Shown: one piece after another, positions 23,981 through 30,170 of the stretch
Numbering within the stretch: the stretch's first letter is position 1
How the letters are laid out: each line of letters opens with the position of its first letter
Source: a virus
Taxonomy: Duplodnaviria; Caudoviricetes
Reading direction: 5' to 3' (one strand)
IMG/VR virus record: IMGVR_UViG_3300037751_000524
Location: 1-30,170 of that record
DNA length: 30,170 nucleotides
Program-made: the position numbers and the translations under genes
Notes under the pieces: model-generated
Database searches by the model: none
Told to the model about the DNA's origin: nothing
What the model saw: the letters and a program-made list of their open reading frames with translations, nothing else

Positions 23981-25741
23981 ATGATAGAGGGCCAACCAGA
24001 TAATATCATCCCTTTGCGGCAGCAGGTCGAAGAGCGCATCGCCGCAGAGTCTGCGCAGATCGCCAAGGCTGCGGCAGTAAAGGAAAAACAACCGACGGCG
24101 GGCGGTCCCGACGATCCGCGCTTCGTCCGCCAGTGCCTCGAAGCTAACGAGCGCGGCGACGGCGTCCTCGCTGCCGCGCTCCACCGTGGGAAATTCGTCT
24201 ACGTCAAATCCCGCGACGAAAAATCCAAGGCATGGTTCCGCTTCAACGGCGTCCACTGGGAGGTAGACAAGGCCGACGACCACATGATCATCCCCGAAAC
24301 CGTCGCCCTCGTCTACCAGCGCGAAGCCGACCGGCTCAAGCCCGAGATCGCCGAGGCCCGCGACAAGGCCGAAACCGCCTCCAAGGCCGCCGCCAGGCTG
24401 ACCAAGCAGCTCAAGCAGATGATCAAGGACGATGCGCCCGACGACAGCATCGCCGAGACCGAACGGATGCTGCGCGAAGAGGAATTGACCAGCTCCACCA
24501 CCAGCGCCCTGGTCAAGGCCCTAGTCCGCCTGCAGAAGGACTACGCCGACCGCGTCGACCGCCTGCGCGCCCTGCGCGGGGCCAAGAACTGCCTCGAATT
24601 CTCCCACAAGATCGGCCCCGGCGGCCTCTACATCTACGGCGACGAGGTCGACCAGAAGCCCAACCTGCTGCCCTGCCGCAACTGCGTCATCGACCTGGAG
24701 ACCGGAGAGCCCACAGTCGGCCAACCAGAGGATTTCCTCGTCCGGGCACTGCCCATCAATTACGTCGCAGGCATGGCCCGTCCCGCCTGGGAGAAGTTCA
24801 TCAGCGAGATTCACGAGGACGACGCCGAAAAGGTCGCCCTCATCAAGCGGTGGTGGGGTTACTGCCTCACCGGCCACGTCCGCGAGCAGATGTATATCAT
24901 GTTCACCGGCGACGGTGCCAACGGCAAGGGGACCATGCTGGAGCTCGCCCAGGAGATTTTCGGCGAACTCGCCAAACAGATCATGGCCGAGATGCTCGTC
25001 AAAACCCGCAACGTCCGCTCCTCCACCGGTGCCTCACCCGACATCCTCTCCCTCTACGGCCGGCGCTGGGTATTCGTCGACGAGACCAACGACGGCGACC
25101 GGGTCAACGACGCCGAGATCAAGCGGACCACCGGCGGCAACCGCCGCAGCGGCCGCGGCCTCTTCGACAAGTTCGACACCGATTTCAGGCCCACCCACAA
25201 GCTGAGCATCGTCACCAATCACCCACTCAAGGGGATCGCCGAGACCTACTCCCTCAAGCGACGGCTCATCTACCTGCACTATCCGCTGATCTACGATCCC
25301 GACCCCGAGGCCGCAGCCGAGAACGACCCCGGCAACGCCCACCGCTACCGGCGCATCGACAAGATGCTGGACCAGAAGCTGCGGGATGAATTGGAGGGGA
25401 TACTTGCCTGGATGGTCGAAGGGGCGTTGGAATGGTACCAGACCGGCCTGGCCGTCCCGCAGTGCCTCCTCGATGCCGTCGAACAGGTCAAGGTCAGGGA
25501 GGACACCCTCGGCCAGTTCCTCGCCGCCCGGGCGCGCCTCGGCGAGCACTGCGAAATGCCGGCCAAGGATTTTTTGACCGCATACCAGAAATGGTATGCG
25601 GAGGAAGGCCACTCGGAGAAGTGGAAACCCACCCGCAACGTCACCTACGACAAGCTGCGCGCCAAGGGTATCCGCATCCCCGACAACCGCACCACAGGCG
25701 GCACCACGACCATTTTCGGCCTCGATCTCAACCCCTTCTGA
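23981..25741 (+). CDS. P4/D5-family SF3 helicase (primase C-terminal type)
   Basis: D5_N-like region, Walker A GDGANGKGT, Walker B VFVDET, motif C IVTNH. Confidence 0.9.
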   Translation: MIEGQPDNIIPLRQQVEERIAAESAQIAKAAAVKEKQPTAGGPDDPRFVRQCLEANERGDGVLAAALHRGKFVYVKSRDEKSKAWFRFNGVHWEVDKADDHMIIPETVALVYQREADRLKPEIAEARDKAETASKAAARLTKQLKQMIKDDAPDDSIAETERMLREEELTSSTTSALVKALVRLQKDYADRVDRLRALRGAKNCLEFSHKIGPGGLYIYGDEVDQKPNLLPCRNCVIDLETGEPTVGQPEDFLVRALPINYVAGMARPAWEKFISEIHEDDAEKVALIKRWWGYCLTGHVREQMYIMFTGDGANGKGTMLELAQEIFGELAKQIMAEMLVKTRNVRSSTGASPDILSLYGRRWVFVDETNDGDRVNDAEIKRTTGGNRRSGRGLFDKFDTDFRPTHKLSIVTNHPLKGIAETYSLKRRLIYLHYPLIYDPDPEAAAENDPGNAHRYRRIDKMLDQKLRDELEGILAWMVEGALEWYQTGLAVPQCLLDAVEQVKVREDTLGQFLAARARLGEHCEMPAKDFLTAYQKWYAEEGHSEKWKPTRNVTYDKLRAKGIRIPDNRTTGGTTTIFGLDLNPF

Positions 25742-25792
25742 GGGATGTTTTCCAGGGCCTTTTTCGCTGGCAGATTGATACGGGGGTACGGG

Positions 25793-26090
25793 GTTTTATG
25801 TTTTTATGCTTACCATATGTTTTCAGAAAACGCGAAAACATAGACCTGCTCCAGCGGAATTATTGAGTTTTATGTTTTTATGTTTTTGTTTCACGCGCGC
25901 GCACATGTGAGGCAATGAGAAAAAGGTCCGAACGTGAAAGAAGAATATTTTTTTAAATCCTATAGAGAAAAACACGTTTCAAAAGCATAAAAGCATAAAA
26001 AATAGAGTTAAGTGTTTAAAAACAAAAGGTTTTTTCTTTATGTTTTTGTAATGTTTTCGTTATGTTTTTATGTTTTTGCCGGTTTTGAAA
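25793..26090. repeat. AT-rich putative replication origin with iteron-like repeats
   Basis: Multiple TTTATG(T/C)TT(T) units, tandem on + strand and inverted (AAAAGCATAAAAGCATAAAA at 25981); between helicase and primase. Confidence 0.7.
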
Positions 26091-26116
26091 CCCTCTTTTT
26101 TCTGGATGATTGAATC

Positions 26117-27523
26117 ATGACCACCCTCGAACTCGCAGAATCCCGCGTCCCCATGCGGCGGGTCGGCTCCGAATGGCACGGCCCGTGCCCGGACTGCGGC
26201 GCCGGTAAGAGCGGCGAGCGGCACACCGACCGCTTCAGCGTCAAGGCCGACGGCCGCTTTTTCTGCCGCATCTGCACCCCGGAAGGCGGCGATGCGGTCA
26301 AGTTCTTGCGCAAGTTCGAGGGGAAAAGCTGCCCCGAGGCCCACGAGGCCCTCGGCAAGGCCTGCGACTTCACCGGCTGCCCCGTCCGCGAAAAGTGTCG
26401 CATGGGCGACAAAGCCCCAGGCGTTCCCACGCCTCGCAGCCTCGCCCCGCCCCGGGCCGGCCAGTCGCCCGCCTTCGTCCCGGCCGAGGTCATCCCGCCC
26501 GCCGAGCGCTGGCTGAGAGCGGCCGAGAAGCTCGTCGAGACCGCCCACGCCGCCCTATTGGCCCATCCCGAGCAACTCGCCTATCTCGCCGGACGGGGAC
26601 TGCCGCGCGAAGCCGTCGAAAAGTATCACCTCGGCTGGATATCTGATGATCTGTTCCGCCCCCGCTCCACCTGGGGTTTGTCAGAAGAATTCTGGGACGG
26701 AGGCAAGACTAAGAAACTCAAGATCCACCGCGGCGTCCTCATCCCGACTTTCGTCGACGAGCGGCCGCACCGTCTGCGCGTCCGCCGTCCCAAGGAAGAC
26801 CTTAAGGAAGGCGAGCCCGGCTATATCGAGGTCAAGGGGAGCGGAAACGACCGGGTCATCCTCAACCCGGCCGCCCGCGCCGTCGTCGTCATCGAGAGCG
26901 ACCTCGACGCCCTGCTCATCGACTGGCTCGCCGGGGATATCGTTGGCGCCATGCCCACCGTCAGCGCCTCGGCCAAACCGAAGGAGTCGACCTGGCCAAT
27001 CCTGCAGCAGGCCCTCTGCATCCTCGTCGCCTCCGATTATGAGCCCGTATGGGATGAGGCCAGTCAGCGCTGGACCAACGTCGGCGGATCGGCTGCGCAG
27101 TGGTGGCGGCAGCAATTCTCCCGCGCCAAGCGCTGGCCCGTCCCAGCCGGTAAGGACCCCGGGGAGGCCTACCAGCAGGGCGTCGATATCCGAGCCTGGA
27201 TACTCGCCGGGTTGCCTCCCGTGTTTCACCTCCCGGTGGTGCCGAACGAGCCGAAGCCGGCCACTCCACCGCCGGCCGCCGCCGCGCCGCCTGTGCGCCT
27301 CGCCCCCATTGCCGAGCCGGTGCACGGCGTCAGTGCCGGCGGGCGTCCGTTTATCATCGTCAACACCCGCGGCCAGTTTCGGCAGATGACCGAGCAGCAC
27401 CCCGGCGTCGCCGTGGTCGGCCGCAGCGAGCTGGGGCGCATCGATCCCGAGGCGACCGAGGCGGTGCTGATGGTCAAGGGTATTTTTCCCGGGTGCGAAG
27501 TGCTGCGCACCGACATACTGTAG
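26117..27523 (+). CDS. DNA primase (zinc finger + TOPRIM)
   Basis: EWHGPCPDCG...DRF...FCRIC zinc finger; YLAGRGL; VIESDLDA and KDPGE TOPRIM-like motifs. Confidence 0.85.
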   Translation: MTTLELAESRVPMRRVGSEWHGPCPDCGAGKSGERHTDRFSVKADGRFFCRICTPEGGDAVKFLRKFEGKSCPEAHEALGKACDFTGCPVREKCRMGDKAPGVPTPRSLAPPRAGQSPAFVPAEVIPPAERWLRAAEKLVETAHAALLAHPEQLAYLAGRGLPREAVEKYHLGWISDDLFRPRSTWGLSEEFWDGGKTKKLKIHRGVLIPTFVDERPHRLRVRRPKEDLKEGEPGYIEVKGSGNDRVILNPAARAVVVIESDLDALLIDWLAGDIVGAMPTVSASAKPKESTWPILQQALCILVASDYEPVWDEASQRWTNVGGSAAQWWRQQFSRAKRWPVPAGKDPGEAYQQGVDIRAWILAGLPPVFHLPVVPNEPKPATPPPAAAAPPVRLAPIAEPVHGVSAGGRPFIIVNTRGQFRQMTEQHPGVAVVGRSELGRIDPEATEAVLMVKGIFPGCEVLRTDIL

Positions 27524-27532
27524 GAGTCCCCC

Positions 27533-27754
27533 ATGTCCTGGATGACCATGACCTGCGGTAAATGCCGCCACGAAGCCGACATCGACGAATTTTGTCGCAC
27601 GCCCGTCTCCGGCGAGCTGCCGCCAGGGGTCTACCAGTGCCCCGCCTGCGGCGTTGCCGTGCGCCGGCAGACGGCCGGGCCTGGCACGCGGTATGAGTCG
27701 GGGTTGTACGTGCCCGGGCCGGTGGAGATTGTGGTGGTGAATTCGAGATTTTAG
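27533..27754 (+). CDS. Zinc-ribbon protein
   Basis: CGKC...CPACG; RBS AGGAG. Confidence 0.7.
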   Translation: MSWMTMTCGKCRHEADIDEFCRTPVSGELPPGVYQCPACGVAVRRQTAGPGTRYESGLYVPGPVEIVVVNSRF

Positions 27755-27809
27755 CGACAACGAATCAGCTCAAGGGCGCGAAGCGTCCGCTTGCAGCGCC
27801 TTATTATGG
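27755..27809 (-). repeat. attC: attC-like site 1 (R'' core degenerate, AAT)
   Basis: Minus: CCATAAT AAGGC GCTGCAAGCGGACGC TTC GCGCCCTTGAGC TGATTC GTTGTCG. Confidence 0.7.
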
Positions 27810-27824
27810 CGCGGGAGGTAGAGA

Positions 27825-28127
27825 GTGAGAAAATTTAAAAAGGAAGATAGGTATTTAGTGCTGAAGCGGAAGGATATTGCACACTCCTTGTCGGAGCTTG
27901 AGCAACATCTGCTTATGTGTATTTCCGCAAAAATCCACAAAGATCACCCCCGCCACTGTGTTGTAGTGGAACACGACTGGCCGGAGTATGAGCCAACGTG
28001 GAAGGCCATCGAAAATAGGATGAATGGAAAACCCCCTGAGACCGGCCACCGTGGGAGATCGAATGCTGCCGCAGTTGGAGACTGCGTACCGGACGGGGCA
28101 AATGCCCCCACTGCTGCCATGGAATGA
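27825..28127 (+). CDS. Cassette ORF, phage-type hypothetical protein
   Basis: RBS GGGAGG; RYLVLKRKD...CVVVEHDWPEYEPTWKAIE resembles a common small phage protein. Confidence 0.75.
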   Translation: MRKFKKEDRYLVLKRKDIAHSLSELEQHLLMCISAKIHKDHPRHCVVVEHDWPEYEPTWKAIENRMNGKPPETGHRGRSNAAAVGDCVPDGANAPTAAME

Positions 28128-28135
28128 GTAGCGAT

Positions 28136-28194
28136 GGCGAACGGGCCGCGTTTCAGCGGTGAGCGAAGCGATCCGCTGAAAACAGTGGTTAGCC
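28136..28194 (-). repeat. attC: attC-like site 2 (59 bp)
   Basis: Minus: GGCTAAC CACT GTTTTCAGCGG ATCGCTTCGCTCA CCGCTGAAAC GCGGCCC GTTCGCC. Confidence 0.8.
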
Positions 28195-28211
28195 ATTTTA
28201 CGGAGGTCAAA

Positions 28212-28466
28212 TTGAGCGAAGAACGTAAAAAATACAGGTGTAACAAAGCGGATGAGTGCGGAGTTGCGGACGAATGTTTCCACGGAAAACCGCACGAGCC
28301 TATCCGCTGCGGGAACTGTTCAACGTGGTGCGATCAGTCTATTTTCTGCCAACCGGGGACGGCGTGTCTCGGCAGAAAAGGAAGGCTAAATGAAGAAAAC
28401 GGAAAGATGAATAAGCCTGTCCGCGAGCTGTTGCCGATGAAGTGCGTCGAGATAGTTTGTGGCTAA
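28212..28466 (+). CDS. Cassette ORF, Cys-rich protein
   Basis: RBS GGAGG plus TTG (alternative ATG 28134); stop TAA lies inside GGCTAAC. Confidence 0.6.
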   Translation: MSEERKKYRCNKADECGVADECFHGKPHEPIRCGNCSTWCDQSIFCQPGTACLGRKGRLNEENGKMNKPVRELLPMKCVEIVCG

Positions 28467-28524
28467 CGATTGGAGGTAACGAGCATGAGCGGAGCGAATG
28501 ACTCTGTTGACCGTTTGGTTATCG
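28461..28524 (-). repeat. attC: attC-like site 3
   Basis: Minus: CGATAAC CAAAC GGTCAACAGAGTCAT TCGCTCCGCTC ATGCTCGTTACC TCCAATC GTTAGCC. Confidence 0.8.
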
Positions 28525-28685
28525 AGCAGCAGTGTAGAGCATTGGATTGTGTTGCTGATATGCGAATGGCTGCATCTCGCTATCGACAAATGGGAGTCAA
28601 GGCATTAGCAAGGGAATATGAGACGCAGGCAGCAAAAGCAGAAAAGTGGGTGCTGGTTATGTGCCTATCGCCGGAGGAGCTATGA
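28485..28685 (+). CDS. Cassette ORF, hypothetical protein
   Basis: RBS GGAGGT and ATG lie inside attC 3; ATGA coupling to next ORF. Confidence 0.55.
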   Translation: MSGANDSVDRLVIEQQCRALDCVADMRMAASRYRQMGVKALAREYETQAAKAEKWVLVMCLSPEEL

Positions 28686-28873
28686 AATATAACAGTCTAC
28701 TTTCATGCCTATCTTGTGCAGCAAACAACGGGGAGTGCCAATACAAAGTCGAGGGTCGGCCATACCCAGCGCGGGGACACTACAATATCGCGTGTGGCGG
28801 GTGTTTGTATTACGTTCCGAAATGCGAAATATCTGAGGTAAAAGGAGAACGGTACATTACCAATAGCGCATAA
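28682..28873 (+). CDS. Cassette ORF, Cys-rich protein
   Basis: RBS GGAGGAG; CLSC...C...CGGC; stop inside GCATAAC. Confidence 0.6.
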   Translation: MKYNSLLSCLSCAANNGECQYKVEGRPYPARGHYNIACGGCLYYVPKCEISEVKGERYITNSA

Positions 28874-28952
28874 CGCGCCGATAAGCGGCGGAGCAGGAAG
28901 CCCCGACAGGGGCCGGACGGTGAAACCGTCCGCTTGATTGGGCTGGTTCAAA
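28868..28952 (-). repeat. attC: attC-like site 4 (85 bp)
   Basis: Minus: TTTGAAC CAGCC CAATCAAGCGGACGG ... CCGCCGCTTAT CGGCGC GTTATGC. Confidence 0.85.
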
Positions 28953-28989
28953 AGACTTTGCGCTGCCCCGCAGGGGCATAGGAGGACAG

Positions 28990-29181
28990 ATGGCATGCGA
29001 GGAATGTGAGTGTCTCAAAAAAGAGGCCGACCACGAGAACGCCCGAGCCGTTGAGATGGGCAAACAACTTGAAGAGGTTGCACGGGAAGCAAAAGGGTTG
29101 CGCGAAATGATAAAACGCAAACTCCTATGGACGGATGGGGAGATTGATAGTCTGATTGCCGATTCGCGCAAAGTCTTTTGA
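28990..29181 (+). CDS. Cassette ORF, small coiled-coil protein
   Basis: RBS AGGAGG; stop TGA inside TTTGAAC. Confidence 0.7.
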   Translation: MACEECECLKKEADHENARAVEMGKQLEEVAREAKGLREMIKRKLLWTDGEIDSLIADSRKVF

Positions 29182-29234
29182 ACGACTGAGGTCAGCCGCC
29201 CGTCTTTTGGGTCGGCTGGAGCGATTGGTTCACT
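29177..29234 (-). repeat. attC: attC-like site 5
   Basis: Minus: AGTGAAC CAATC GCTCCAGCCGACCC AAAAGAC GGGCGGCTGACC TCAGTC GTTCAAA. Confidence 0.88.
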
Positions 29235-29272
29235 GGCACCGGACCCCGCTCTTGCCCGCAGCTAAAACCTTG

Positions 29273-29300
29273 TTGACAACATAACTAGTTATGATAATAT
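29273..29300 (+). promoter_or_regulatory. Cassette-internal sigma70 promoter with palindromic operator
   Basis: TTGACA-16 nt-TAATAT with TGn; perfect palindrome CATAACTAGTTATG at 29280-29293. Confidence 0.75.
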
Positions 29301-29323
29301 ATACTCAACAAGGAGGTGAAAAA

Positions 29324-29497
29324 ATGCACGAGCTTTATGTTCGATGGACAGGGCGGTCGGAAATGGTGCCCCACAAATGGTATCGCACGCTGCAAGCGGC
29401 GTGGATGGCCTTCCACCGGATGCGACAGGCCCATGATTACGCAGCCTGTGAGATCCGTGACGAAAAAGGGGAAACCGTGGCGAGGTGGTCGAAATGA
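29324..29497 (+). CDS. Cassette ORF, hypothetical protein (57 aa)
   Basis: RBS AAGGAGGTG downstream of the promoter. Confidence 0.7.
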   Translation: MHELYVRWTGRSEMVPHKWYRTLQAAWMAFHRMRQAHDYAACEIRDEKGETVARWSK

Positions 29498-29649
29498 CTA
29501 AAGATGAGCTTCGCAAACTCATTACTGGTCTGGACGATGACAACCTCCGCACCCTGCGGGCGATCATCAACGGCAAACTCGGAAAGCGGCAGATAACCCC
29601 GGAACAACAAGCCGCCATGCAAGAGGGACACAAAAAGCGGGGACCTTAA
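29494..29649 (+). CDS. Cassette ORF, small helical basic protein (51 aa)
   Basis: Manual translation MTKDELRKLITGLDDDNLRTLRAIINGKLGKRQITPEQQAAMQEGHKKRGP; ATGA overlap. Confidence 0.65.
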   Translation: MTKDELRKLITGLDDDNLRTLRAIINGKLGKRQITPEQQAAMQEGHKKRGP

Positions 29650-29661
29650 GCGGGCGGTGCC

Positions 29662-29719
29662 AGTGAACACGGCGCTGAACCGCCGTCTTTTTGGGCGGCT
29701 TCCAGCGACTTGGTTAAAC
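29662..29719 (-). repeat. attC: attC-like site 6
   Basis: Minus: GTTTAAC CAAGTC GCTGGAAGCCGCCC AAAAAGAC GGCGGTTCAGC GCCGT GTTCACT. Confidence 0.82.
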
Positions 29720-29736
29720 CAGCGAAAGGACCTCAC

Positions 29737-30045
29737 ATGGACAGAGCGGATCAGCGACAATTAACCGAATATTGGCATAAAAACACCCACCACCTGAACG
29801 AGCAAATTGATGATGCGTTCAAACTGGCGCAAGACCAGGCGTATGAACTCGGATTAAAGCGGGGCATGGCAGTTACGGCCCGCGACCTGGAAGCTGCAAC
29901 AATTGAAGTTGGACAACTCAAACAGGGCATGTGGCAAATAAAAGACGCTGAAATTGCTAGATGGAAAGACGCTTACGAAAACATGCGTGATTTTGCCGTA
30001 AAAGGCGGTTTGGATATTACCTGCTACGGGCCAGAGTCGGTTTAA
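29737..30045 (+). CDS. Cassette ORF, hypothetical helical protein
   Basis: RBS AAGGA before ATG 29737; stop inside GTTTAAC. Confidence 0.7.
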   Translation: MDRADQRQLTEYWHKNTHHLNEQIDDAFKLAQDQAYELGLKRGMAVTARDLEAATIEVGQLKQGMWQIKDAEIARWKDAYENMRDFAVKGGLDITCYGPESV

Positions 30046-30099
30046 CGGGGCGGGCTGAGGAGCCCCCGAAGGGGAGTCTCTTCCAGCTGCTGGTTCGGG
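30040..30099 (-). repeat. attC: attC-like site 7
   Basis: Minus: CCCGAAC CAGCA GCTGGAAGAGACTCCCC TTCG GGGGCTCCTCAGC CCGCCCC GTTAAAC. Confidence 0.78.
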
Positions 30100-30170
30100 A
30101 CGCGAAGCGGCCCGGAGCAGCAGCGCTCCTCAGCCCGCCCCGTTCGATCCGCGTAGCGGGTCGAACGACC

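Larger units (their letters stand above)
27755..30170 (-). mobile_element. Array of integron-like gene cassettes (attC cluster with no integron integrase in the window), probably continuing past the window end
   Basis: Seven 55-85 bp imperfect palindromes with AAC/GTT cores, L boxes and bulged bases, separated by 1-2 short ORFs. Confidence 0.85.

Noticed and set aside
27761-28141. First cassette as an intact mobile unit
   Set aside because: Its ends (ATTATGG and GGCGAAC) are not complementary and the R'' core is AAT; probably degenerate or fixed, so it is not counted as end-matching evidence
27755-30170. CRISPR array or simple terminators as the explanation for the recurring hairpins
   Set aside because: Repeats are not identical, the spacers are gene-sized, U-tracts are absent, and conserved AAC/GTT cores with bulges fit attC

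Overview
This window is about 30 kb of a temperate, long-tailed (siphovirus-like) phage of a Gram-negative host, mostly high GC. It appears to be in the excised (attP) configuration. Order: end of a CHAP endolysin plus holin and lipoprotein candidates; tail module (terminator, tube, chaperone with probable -1 frameshift, tape measure, GTA-like DUF2460/DUF2163/large tip protein); three fibre/adhesin-like proteins that unexpectedly carry signal peptides; attP (3' part of tRNA-Pro CGG) and a tyrosine integrase; a promoter-to-terminator moron between two copies of the integrase 5' end; CI/Cro-like switch and small early genes; a lambda-like cos motif; SF3 helicase, iteron origin and Zn-finger/TOPRIM primase. 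The main finding is at 27755-30170: an array of at least 7 integron attC-like sites on the minus strand separating small phage-type ORFs. Most cassette ends are self-complementary (up to 18 bp perfect), all ORFs are antisense to the attC orientation, and no IntI gene is in the window. All family assignments come from motif recognition by eye, not database searches.
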